From contig NC_043006.1 in assembly GCF_006345805.1 (NCBI RefSeq), forward strand, positions 806,001-870,000: a stretch of DNA of 64,000 nucleotides, in the 5' to 3' direction. Each line of letters starts with the position of its first letter. Positions within the stretch are counted from its first letter, which is position 1. The notes below the pieces were generated by a model, which was given only the letters and a program-made list of their open reading frames with translations, did not search any database and was not told where the DNA came from. This DNA is from Octopus sinensis (taxonomy: Eukaryota). A program made the translations under genes and the position numbers. This document shows, one piece after another, positions 52,281 through 63,990 of this stretch.

Positions 52281-52499
52281 TAATAATCATGAATTTATTC
52301 TAATTAAATTTCTTGTATAATAGAAAATGATCTCTAATCGTTTACTTGTTTCAGTCACTTGACTGCGGCCATGCTGGAGCATTGCCTTGAATTTTTAGTC
52401 GAATGAATAAACCCCAGTACTTTTTTTAAGAAGTGGAACTTATTCTGTCGGTCTCTTTGCCGAAGCGTAAGTTACAGGACACAAATACATCAACACCGG

Positions 52500-53060
52500 T
52501 ATGTCTTCTACCCTAACCCTGGAAGCACGTATCCCAAGGTATACGGGTAGAAGCATCACTTCATCAGTTCTCAACGGTGTTGCTGAGTGCAGACTGGCAG
52601 TAGCTACCTCCCGACACCGCACCTCTACTGACCCAAATCTCCTTCCTTTGGCAAGGTAGGAAATTCCTTGCCAGATTGGTCTAAGCGCTCTTTCCACTTG
52701 AGCCGTCGTCATGATTTCAATCTTCCTGGCTGCTACCGAGTCCGTTCTGTAAATTACTGTTTTCTCATCTCTTTCCCTTAACACTTCTTTGTGTGTGGCG
52801 GGGAAGCACCTTCACATCATTCTCCTCCCTTTCAATAATTTCCTTGAATTTACTTATATTCTCCAGCCTCACGTCTTCGCTTTTTTTCTTTCATCGCTTC
52901 TACATAATTTTTTGCCTCCATTACTTCATCAATATTCTTCAAACACTCTACCATTTCTTCCTCAGACGACATAAAGTCTGAAGAAGGATAATTCAGATCT
53001 TCACAACTCCTCGTCCGACGCCCCCTCCAATAAACAAGAGGGAAAACGTCGCACCGCCAT
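52500..53060 (-). mobile_element. Probable ORF1 remnant of a Tx1/L1-like non-LTR element
   Basis: Non-repetitive coding-like ORFs 52850-53164 (MSSEEEMVECLKNIDEVME..) and 52440-52784 (KTVIYRT...GRRFGSVEVRC...LPVYLGIRASRVRVEDIP), resembling LINE ORF1 RRM-like regions. Abuts SINE B pieces. Confidence 0.45.
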
Positions 53061-53169
53061 GACAGCCGAAAGAAAAACACGTGGGTTACAAACAAAACCA
53101 ACAATTCGAGTGACAAACGATACACATGAAGCAAGCTTCTTACCACGCAACCACGCCTGCGCAATGAAT

Positions 53170-53269
53170 NNNNNNNNNNNNNNNNNNNNNNNNNNNNNNN
53201 NNNNNNNNNNNNNNNNNNNNNNNNNNNNNNNNNNNNNNNNNNNNNNNNNNNNNNNNNNNNNNNNNNNNN
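53170..53269. other. Assembly gap (100 N)
   Basis: Direct reading. Confidence 1.
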
Positions 53270-53589
53270 TTAAATATAGTAAAGTCCACAAATAGTTACT
53301 TATATATATACTGAGATGTCCTCAAAATGTACACATATTACGAATTCATCCTCGGTAATTTTAAATGATATATATTGGTGCAAGCATAGCTGTGCGGTTA
53401 GGAAGTTGGCTTTGCAACCATATGGGTTTGGGTTCAGTCACACTGTTCAGCATATATCCTCGGATCGACCAATGCCTTGGTAGTGAATATGGTCGACGGA
53501 AACTGTGTAGAAGCCCGTCGTATAAATATGTGTGTGCGTGTGTGTATGCATTTAATATATATATATATATATATATATCAAAATAAGCA

Positions 53590-54470
53590 ACAAGAATAAC
53601 TTCGGTAATGTGGTACGATCGTTTCACGCTACATCATTTTATTAAATGTCGTAAGTATTACAACAGTTTTAAAATGTTGAGCAATCATCAACCATTAATA
53701 GAGGTTTTCCATTAATACATAATTTTCATATCAATTGATAACATTATAGAGAAGTTAGATATATAGACAAAGATGTCGATTTAAATTTTAAGAACATTAA
53801 GGTAGTAGAGTTTATCGACTGACTGAAAAATATTCAGAATATTCAGTCGTTTTGAACTGCTAGAAGGTTTGGGAAGAATGATCAATTGAAAGGAGATAAG
53901 AAAGATTTTCAATTTATAGAAATAGGGGTGAAATAGATGTCAAAGTTCTATATAAAGAAATTAAGGTAGAGAGAGGGTTGTAATGCTACAGAGGCTGTTT
54001 ACTACTATTTGGCAAACAGAATATGTATTAGGAAAACTAGGTCAATGTCAAATGGTCACAGTGGCCATTTATAGAGAATGGAGAGATTCTTTTATACTTA
54101 TATACATCGCATTTATGCTTAGCTGGTAGATTTTGAATATCTTGATACGTTGGATTAAAGAAGAAATTATAAATGTAATATTTATTCATTTTGGAGAAAA
54201 ATCTATCACTTATTATGAGTAGGCATAATACTCATTAACTGAGGACAAAATTCTTATTAATCAAGTGAATATATTAGGGGTCAAATATATATAACAAGAA
54301 AACTAGAAGAGAAGTAATCAAGAAGAAAGGTTTTCATACGTTTAGTAGGTGATTTATTTTTATGAAGTGAAGTAATTAAGAAGAGTAAATTAATCAGATT
54401 TCGTAGATAGTGAAATGTTATTAATGAATTAAAATATAGAATCTGTTAGACATAATATTTACTACCCGCG
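53590..54470 (-). mobile_element. Very old Penelope-like remnant ending in a hammerhead motif (53607-53696)
   Basis: Minus: GG-TTGATGA-TTGCT(~50 nt)AGCGT-GAAAC-GATC-GTA-CC. Upstream sequence has weak GIY-YIG-like remnants. Confidence 0.4.
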
Positions 54471-54472
54471 GA

Positions 54473-54508
<36 letters not shown>

Positions 54509-54515
54509 CCGCGGA

Positions 54516-54587
<72 letters not shown>

Positions 54588-55508
54588 ATTTATAAATGCA
54601 TAGACACACCACACGCACACACATACAATATATATATAGGCTAAACCAAAAACAGACTACGTCAAAGGATGGCTCTACATAGGTCCCAGATCAAACTTTG
54701 GGAATACAGAAAAATAGCATTCAGCGAACAACCCACCTTATCTACATACATATTGATAGCTATGCATGTGTGCATTTCAGAAAATCTCTAGAGATAACTC
54801 TTACAAAATGTAAGTCTTTTGTGTTTTTCCTCAAATCATTTGTAGCCGGTGTTGGATTATTTACTTCTCCGTATCGTAGCGGTTCGTCGAAAGAGAGTGA
54901 TAGAGTAATTAGTGGATTCGATTTCTTACATCAAACTCTTCAGTCCGATGTTCCAGCATGGCGGCAATTCAGCGAATGAAACAAGTAAAAATTAAAGGAT
55001 ATAGTATCTCTATCATTAGTGCAACACTTCTGTTCAAAAGGAAATTACTGTATGCATAGTCATACATTATATAACTCTCATCATGTGTATATATTTAGGG
55101 ATTCACTTATCGATACACCTTCAAGTACGGTGAATTCTATACTTCACCGGGGAGGTCTCGTAAGACTTGGCCCGAGGTTGTCTCCCGTGTTTGTCGAAAT
55201 GCTAACAATAGTATTTAGCTATTCAGCTAATGTCTGTTATATTTGCCTCATTGCATAAGTATCACTAAATGCATATTTAATGCTTACTGCATTAAATATC
55301 CATAAATTCATTATCGTTAAGAAGTTGTCATAAGTTACTTATGTCAATGAACTTGTGCAAGGGAAACTTTATGCTACTGGTTTCTAAGACTGTCTCGGTT
55401 GGAATCGGGTTGTGGTCGCCAAACTTGTTTGCTAATACAAAAACACCATAAAAAGGGGAAAATGTATAAACAAACATACATACATACATATATATATATA
55501 TATATTAT

Positions 55509-55548
<40 letters not shown>

Positions 55549-56008
55549 TGATCAAGAATAAATTGATACAGATATTAATAAATTGTTGACCACTATATCT
55601 ATAAGGCTGGTTACAACTAATCAATATGTATTTATTCTCTGGCACAAATGCATACATACGTATGCACACACACAGAAACATAGACACATAGACGCACACA
55701 AATACACACACACAAGCACCCACAATATGCGTCCATTCAAATAAATGGGACTGTAATCATTTTGATAGAAATGTAGAAGTAGATGAATAAGTATCCATTT
55801 CAGTTCGACGCTAAACGAGTTTGGTTTAATAATTACTAGTGAAATTGAAGAGACCGGTTTTAGAAATGTTCACTGCAGGAATAATGGACACCTTCTGAAT
55901 GCTTTATTTATCAATGTAAATTTCTCTCTCTCTCTCTCCCTATCTATGTATCTGTCTATGTATTTATCTACCTATCTATCTATCAATCTCTCTCTCTCTC
56001 TCTCTCTG

Positions 56009-56042
<34 letters not shown>

Positions 56043-56068
56043 ATATATATATAATATATGTATATATA

Positions 56069-56148
<80 letters not shown>

Positions 56149-56266
56149 TACATATTCAAATAGATACATGCAACACCACACAACGCACATACTCTTATAT
56201 ATAAGACATCTAATTATTGAAATGGAAAATTTATCAGCAATAATTGCTTTTTTCAAATATATATAC

Positions 56267-56301
<35 letters not shown>

Positions 56302-56494
56302 TCTATGTATATATATAAGTATTTATGCATATACTTTGATACTTTGATAGGTTTCGGCCATTATTGGCCCAGGCCATGTCTAACTTAATAGCACCACCTG
56401 GTGCTATATAATAGATACATAAATACATACAAGCTTATATATATAAATATGTATACTTACATGCTTATTTCTACACATAAAGTATGCATTATAT

Positions 56495-56531
<37 letters not shown>

Positions 56532-56542
56532 GTATATATATG

Positions 56543-56578
<36 letters not shown>

Positions 56579-56594
56579 TTGGTTTGCCACTAAA

Positions 56595-56752
56595 GCGTTT
56601 TTATTCTCCCTCTGTTTATTTCCTCGTGTTCCTTTCTGTTGAAGGGCGTAGGTTCGAAACGTAAAAGACTTTCTCACCTTCCCGAGCTTTAAACTAATAC
56701 ACCTGTTTGTTGTTTACACTCCTGTCTTCGTCTTTTGTTTATAAATTCCAAC
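56595..56752 (+). mobile_element. Short pLTR-type element with hammerhead-like core
   Basis: CTTT-CTGTTGA-A-GGGC-gtag-GTTC-GAAAC-GTA-AAAG at ~56632-56667. Confidence 0.6.
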
Positions 56753-57256
56753 TATACATGCACACACACACACACCGACACACACAGACACACACACACA
56801 TGTATATATATCCATTTAAACGAAGGAAAGAAAAAATGGAGATAAGGAAGTTAATATTTGTTTATTATTAACAAACGAGTCATCAATTCTTACAGCCGTT
56901 TCAATTAATGATGACTAATTAAATTTACAAATTTGTAATTAAATCATTGAGTATTAAGTGAAACAGCGAAGATGACCAATTTGTTAAAAGTAAACACTGT
57001 TTAACTTTCTCATCTCTATTTTCTTTTCTTTTAAATCGATACAAATTATATGTTTAATATATACCTATTGTCTTAAGGGAATTTCATTCCCCCCAAATAT
57101 TAGGTATTGAACCAGTATTTCCTTGGATGCATCAATCCCTTCATGAGATTAACGTATCCTCTACTGAAATATATATATATGTATATATATATATAAATAT
57201 GTATATGTATATATATATATATATACGCGAGAAAGAAGCAACAAGAATGGATAGGT

Positions 57257-57347
57257 TTTTAGTACAATCGTTTCATACAAGGACAGGCTTTATTAAAAGT
57301 TGCAAAAATTACAGCATATAAACGTGTCCCGTACTCATCAGCTAAAA
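57257..57347 (-). ncRNA. Type I hammerhead ribozyme motif, canonical core
   Basis: Minus: TTTTAG-CTGATGA-GTACGGGACA(loop)TGTCCTTGTAT-GAAAC-GATT-GTA-CTAAAA. 6-bp stem I, about 10-bp stem II, GUA triplet. Confidence 0.75.
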
Positions 57348-57453
57348 TACATGTGAGTTCTCTAGACATCCTAGTGGTTGAGGCTATACTCATGAAGTAA
57401 TGTAGATAATTAAGTAACATAAACAGATTTCCAAAGTTCATTAAAGTTCTTTA

Positions 57454-57766
57454 AAGATGATGTACAGTCTTATCACAGAATTTAAAAAAAATATGAAATT
57501 CCTCTTCATTTCTCTGGAAATTTACATCTACACCATTGGAAATTGTGCATCTATACAAAGGATTAATTCACCCTCTCTGTAATGCTAATAAGCAGGAATT
57601 GAGACCCACCTCGTTGTGATTAACAATGGATAAATTTGTCTTCTGTGAGTATGTAATCCCTCATCATATCTCTGGAAATTCATATGTGCACTATGGATTT
57701 GGTCACCTTCTCTGTGATGCTATTAAAACTTTTTTAAAATTCTGTGATAAGACTGTACATCATCTT
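57454..57766. mobile_element. MITE with ~30-bp terminal inverted repeats
   Basis: AAGATGATGTACAGTCTTATCACAGAATTT ... AAATTCTGTGATAAGACTGTACATCATCTT, with internal direct repeats (TCTCTGGAAATT; TCACC.TCTCTGT.ATGCTA). Confidence 0.75.
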
Positions 57767-58023
57767 AGCTTCCTTCTTTGTTGCTTTTTGGCAGATCGTT
57801 AGTAAGAAGAGACACACAAAATGAAAGAAGAAAGCAAAGGACAACTGATGAGGTCACAGAAGTGTGATGTAATGACTCTGGCCGAAATTTAATTAACATA
57901 AAATAAAACTGAAGCAAGTGAATGCGGAATATATAGTGCGTGTGTTTTCACTGTCAACATGACCGTCCCCAAATACAACAATATCTGTTTCAACACACGA
58001 ATTCACTTCAAGAATTTTGCAAA

Positions 58024-58072
<49 letters not shown>

Positions 58073-58077
58073 CATAC

Positions 58078-58108
<31 letters not shown>

Positions 58109-58759
58109 CATACATACATACATACATACATACATACATACATACACATATCTTAAAGCTACGATGACTCAGTGTTTTAGAAAAAGAAGTTCTAAGCTAA
58201 ATCCAGTCTACGTCTTTCTGAGCAGAAACTGATTACATCATTGTAGCTTCGTTATAAAACGGGCAATAAATAATGAACAGCTATGGTAAAATATATTGAT
58301 TTGCTATCAGGATTGTGAATCAATCTACAAGGTGTACAGACTTCTCAATAGGTATAAATAGCTTTGCTGGTTCACAATACTATACAGAAGCTTTACAAAA
58401 GAAAGATACTTGTGAAATATTTATGAGATAAAACGTTTTCGATTTATTCTCGCAGCTAGTATGATCCAAGTATTAAGGACATGTTCTAAAAGAGATGAAG
58501 GTAGGCGGCTCATAAAGTTTATATGATCCTAGGGTTTGTTACTTAAACAGCTACGGCTTACACATTCTGCAGATAATACGATTATATTTATAACGTGTTT
58601 GCGTATATCTAGTTTGAAATTTATGGGCATATTGCAGATACACACCTTATATATATATACATTTACATATTCACAGACACACACGTATGTATACGTGTGC
58701 ATATATATATATATATATATGTGTATATATGTATATATATATATTATATATATATATAT

Positions 58760-58766
58760 ATATATG

Positions 58767-58809
<43 letters not shown>

Positions 58810-59105
58810 TTATGTCTGTTTGTGTTTGTGCGTGAGGCTATACATATAAGCATATACATGTAACACATGGCCGAATAAAGAGGCCTATTAACATTAGGAA
58901 CATTATAATCCAAAGAGCCTACTTTAATAGGTGTTGTTAAGTAGCTGAGTAGCAATAACTCTGTATTAGAAATTCGTAAATGCGCCAGATGGCGCAAAAG
59001 GCTTCGAATGGTTTTATAGTTTTATATTTCTCCAAATGATTTTCTACTTCAATATTTTCATTTAATAGAATACGCATTTAATTACTTTCGTTCTATTTTT
59101 GAATT

Positions 59106-59138
<33 letters not shown>

Positions 59139-59289
59139 ACAGCCTGTAACATACATACGTATATAAATAATACATACGTTCCTGCCTGCCTGCCTGCCTA
59201 CCAACATACATACATACATGTATATATACATGTATATATAACATACATACATATATATATATATATATACATATATGAAGATGTGTGTG

Positions 59290-59329
<40 letters not shown>

Positions 59330-59349
59330 TATATATATATATATATATG

Positions 59350-59392
<43 letters not shown>

Positions 59393-59682
59393 TTATGTCT
59401 TTTGTGTTTTGTGCGGGAGGCTATACATATAAGCATATACATGTAACACATGCCGAATAAAGAGGCCTATTAACATTAGGAACATTATAATCCAAAGAGC
59501 CTACTTTAATAGGTGTTGTTAAGTAGCTGATAGCATAACTCTGTATTAGAAATTCGTAAATGCGCCAGATGGCGCAAAAGGCTTCGAATGGTTTTATAGT
59601 TTTATATTTCTCCAAATGATTTTCTACTTCAATATTTTCATTTATAGAATACGCATTTAATTACTTTCGTTCTATTTTTGAA

Positions 59683-59713
<31 letters not shown>

Positions 59714-59822
59714 TCTCTCTCCCTACACCTGTAACATACATACGTATATAAATAATACATACGTTCCTGCCTGCCTGCCTGCCTACCAACATACATACAT
59801 ACATGTATATATACATGTATAT

Positions 59823-59853
<31 letters not shown>

Positions 59854-59873
59854 CATATATGAAGATGTGTGTG

Positions 59874-59912
<39 letters not shown>

Positions 59913-59915
59913 CGT
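58760..59915. repeat. Tandem duplication of a ~590-bp unit
   Basis: 58800-59300 is repeated at 59385-59880 (e.g. GCGCCAGATGGCGCAAAAGGCTTCGAATGG in both), differing mainly by small indels. Confidence 0.9.
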
Positions 59916-60604
59916 GTGTATATTTATACACTCACACGTACACACATTTAAGTTTTTATGTGTGTGTGTGTGTCTTTTATGAGCAATTTACTTACAAATA
60001 ATAAATTCGATAACCTTTCAGATTTTTACATCGTTTTATTCTCACGTTTGAATAATATAATATACAATATAACAAAATATATCGTAATATAGTGTAATAT
60101 AATGTGTTAAATGGTTATTTTAATTTAAAGCTCTTTTAATTGCGTACTCGGAGTTTATTTCAGCCCGGTAATTTTCGGCAATATCAGTAAATGTCCTATT
60201 CACAACGTATTTATCGGCTGATCTTACGTTTCCCATTTCTAAAATAACTAAACATTTCTGGAAGAATATTGCTGCTAGAATATTGTGTATAAGATATATA
60301 CTGAATGCCTTATTCTATTCTTACTGTATCATTATACAACCAATAATATATCTATAGAGAAAGTTTGTAGAAAGAATGGAGTACCGGCTGTATAAAGTAG
60401 CCATCTATGAACAATGCTAAAAAAATACAAATAATAATATTAATAATAGTAATAATAATAATAACAATAATAATAATAATAATATTAATAATAATAATAA
60501 TAATAATAATAATGATGATGATGATGATGATAATATTAATATTAATAATAATAATAATAATAATGATGATGATGATAATAATAATAATATTAATATTAAT
60601 GATA

Positions 60605-60660
<56 letters not shown>

Positions 60661-60894
60661 AATATTAATGATGATGATAATAATAGTAATAATAATAGTA
60701 ATAATAATAGTAATAATAATAGTAATAATAATAGTAATAATAATAATAATAATAGTAATAATAATAATAATAATAATAATGAACATCTCAACAAATTTGC
60801 TGAATGAAGAAATAGGGAAAAAGATGAAGAAAAGCAAAATAGCACCATAGATATGGACCTCCATCACAAGCAAAGAAATCACGTACACAATTAA

Positions 60895-61495
60895 TTCGGT
60901 TTATTGGCCACAAGGGCTTACATAAAATTACATTAAAACACCTACAGCAACATAAAAGACAAAAACAGGACGGTACATGGGTTTTACAACGTGTAAACAA
61001 TATATATAACGATTCAAAATTAAACAATTTAAAACTTCCAATGTGGGTGGCGCTTTAAGGACTTCGTGGAAAACCCCACAAAAGCCTCGAGTGCCTGAAC
61101 AACAAGGCAAGAGCCCTTCTTTTGTTTATAGGTGCACGCTCAGAATTGGTCCTTCCACACTGGCCATTCTTCCAACATTCACCCACCTTTCAACAAACTT
61201 GCTACAAGGCAGCACTTTCCTCTCCACCCTCAACTTCCTTTTCAAGTGAAACTTGAAAAAGTTGATGAGGGCTTGGCCAAACGGGTTCACTATACTACCT
61301 CTTAGGCTACAACCAACCACTAGACAAATAAAAATTGCCTTCCCCTCCCAGCCAAAAGAGGGCGAAAGAAAAACTAATAACTAGAAAATACTAGAGACAG
61401 GTCCCGATCTTTTAGCTGAAACACCTCACCAGTACCGATGCTCACAGGTTCGCATAGTTGGGGCCCATTCGCGTTCCCATGGCCACTCCCGAGAA
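60895..61495 (-). mobile_element. 3' end of a Tx1/L1-like LINE
   Basis: ORF 61126-61320 GQALINFFKFHLKRKLRVERKVL...FVERWVNV resembles a Tx1/L1 ORF2 C-terminus. The 3' UTR ends GCCCTTGTGGCCAATAAAC. Confidence 0.55.
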
Positions 61496-61699
61496 GTGTT
61501 ATCATGTACATCAAAATTTAACATAATAATAGAAAGCCAGAATCGACATGAAACTGGATGCTGAAAGGGCAAACCACGCTAATACTCAAAAAGGAATAAC
61601 ACCGTACACCCACAGAACTAAAGGCCAATGATATGACTCTGAGCAACTTATAAAATCCTTATATCAGTTATCTAACCGACTTGTAACACATCTAGAAAA

Positions 61700-62045
61700 A
61701 AACCCCATAAATGTTTTAATTAAGAAGGAAGGCAAAAGAAAAAAGAAAAGAAAAAGGACATATACAATCCTGCTAAATACGAGATAGCCCGTGTATGGAA
61801 AACGAAGGTGAAAATAGTGTCAATAAATGTAGGGTGCTTGCAGACTGTATCGGAAGGCATCGAGAAAAATATAAAGGAAATCGGAATATGGTATCCAGTA
61901 GAACTGTTACAAAACGTTTGCTCCCCTTTCGCACAGTCAGAAAGTATTAGCTATTTGAACAGAACAGAATGCATGGTACCGTAGGCTGCAGGCAGCAAAC
62001 CCGCTACTCATGCAATACTCTAGGAGTTTAAACAAAATCTGAGTT
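61700..62045 (+). mobile_element. Decayed Dong/R4-type 3' end followed by (AAT)n
   Basis: EIARVWKTKVKIVSINVGCLQTVSEGIEKNIKEIGI...VELLQNVC matches the RLE-LINE C-terminal pattern. Confidence 0.6.
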
Positions 62046-62060
62046 AAAATAATAATGATG

Positions 62061-62124
<64 letters not shown>

Positions 62125-62125
<1 letters not shown>

Positions 62126-63291
62126 TGACATAGAAAGACTATATATACAACGTATAGAAGGTGGTAGAGGCCTTATACAGCTGGAAAACTACTATAAAAT
62201 AACCACCATAGGACTGCAAAAATATCTACTTCAGAAGGAAGGAAAACTGATCCAGATAGCGGCAAAACACGAGCAAAACAAAAGACCGTTCTCAGTATTT
62301 AAGGAAGCTGACAAATACAAACAAGAAATCATACCACCTAATAAACATGAAGAAGAAGAAGAAGATGAAGAAACAACACAAGCTATAAAACAAATGAAAT
62401 CCAAACAAAAAATAGAACAGCAACGAACCATGATAAAACGATGGCAAGAAAAGCCCCTTCATGGTAAATACTGGACTAAACTAAACGCAAAAGAAATAGA
62501 CAAAGAAAAATCCCAGCAATGGTTGAGAAGCTCAGGAATCAAAGCAGAAACAGAGGGATTTTTAATTGCAGCACAAGACCAAGCCTCCCCACCAGAAATT
62601 ACCAAAAACATGTAATGAAAAGAAATATTACAAGTAACTGCAGAATATGTGGAGATGGACAAGAACAATAAATCATATTATCTCTAGCTGCCCAGTCTTG
62701 GCTAAGAAGGAATATATTCACAGACATGACAGAGTTTGAACCTACATACATTGGAAGCTATGCCAACATTATGGAATAACAACAGAAAAAAGATGGTATA
62801 GGCACACACCAGAAAAGGTCACAGAAAACAAGAAAGCAACCATGCTCTGGGATATGCCGATACATACAGATAGAGAAATTAAGGCCAACAGACCAGATAT
62901 AGTTGTCAGAGATCATGAAGAAAAAAAATGCTTTCTAATTGATGTATCAATACCGGCTGATGACAACGTGTCTCTAAAAGAAATGGAGAAACTCTCAAAA
63001 TACAAAGACCTGGAAATAGAGGTTACTAGAATGTGGAATCTGAAAACAGAAACAATTCCTATCATAGTAGGTGCATTAGGCATGATAAAAAGATATTCAG
63101 ACAAATACATAACAAAAACACCAGGACTTACAAACACATATACCATACAGAAAATTGCACTACTAGGCACTGCACACATCCTACGCAGAACACTTTCCAT
63201 ACAATAACCATCAGAGCATCACAACAAATCACAGCACATACCCAAGGCACACAGAGCTGTGCTCGGTCACGCTATAAAAATAAAACTACTG
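62125..63291 (+). mobile_element. Dong/R4-clade LINE, 5'-truncated, inserted in (AAT)n
   Basis: DIERLYIQRIEGGRGL, KPLHGKY, KAETEGFLIAAQDQ, CRIC..HIISSC, RHD, LWDMPIHTDREIKANRPDIVV..IDVSIP..EKLSKYKDL. (AAT)n on both sides. Confidence 0.9.
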
Positions 63292-63457
63292 AATAATAAT
63301 AATAATAATAATAGTAATAGTAATAATAATAATAAATAAAAGAGAGTACTTTCGTCGAGTGAGAAAAATACTAGCTTTAAAGCAAAATGTTTGATACATA
63401 ATTTCAAGCACTTAGCTTGAACATAAAAAACAACAACAACAACAATAATAATAATAT

Positions 63458-63990
63458 ACCCTGATGCAGTACCAGGCAGTGGCTCTCATAGATTCTGATC
63501 TTAACTGATTGGAAGTGTTATCATGTACATTGTTTTGTCTTGGTATAAAAGATGGGCTACAGCAAATATTCTGGTCAATTGTTTGACCATAACCAGTTGA
63601 ACATGAACCTTAGTAGCTGACGATTTGTGCGTCTCTGACCACGAGCAGAACTAGTAGAGGAGCATCACAGCCATGTGTTGAGAGGGATTTTTTGAGGTTT
63701 GAATAATTCACCTCTGGAAACATGGGTGTTTTATTCAACATCTTTAAACATCCCTTATTCAGGGACCTTTTGAGCAGGACGGGTTACTCGACCAGAAGAA
63801 AAAATTCTAACTAGGCCCCACCTGCAAGGTCATGTGCTGCTTATCTTGACATGAGATCACTATCTCGCGCACATATGTTTGTGATGCATGTGCCTACTGT
63901 ACCCTTATCAGGCGGGTAGTCATGATGGGTATATTGGGCTTCGTATATTTTACTCGTGTCACTTTGATGGCATGCACTGCTCTCTCACTC
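63458..63990 (+). mobile_element. About 530-bp non-coding repeat flanked by AAT repeats (putative Dong-mobilised element or Dong 3' UTR)
   Basis: Begins after (AAC)n(AAT)n and ends CTCTCTCACTC(AAT)n. Second partial copy at 12511-12714. No ORF and no obvious Pol III boxes. Confidence 0.65.

Noticed and set aside
57845-57895. Hammerhead core CTGATGA-GGTCA...TGGCC-GAAA
   Set aside because: Core and stem II are present but I could not find a stem I pairing, so it is kept only as a weak candidate.
63460-63480. Similarity of TGCAGTACCAGG to the U2 snRNA 3' stem-loop
   Set aside because: Only ~12 nt with a gap, and no other U2 features.
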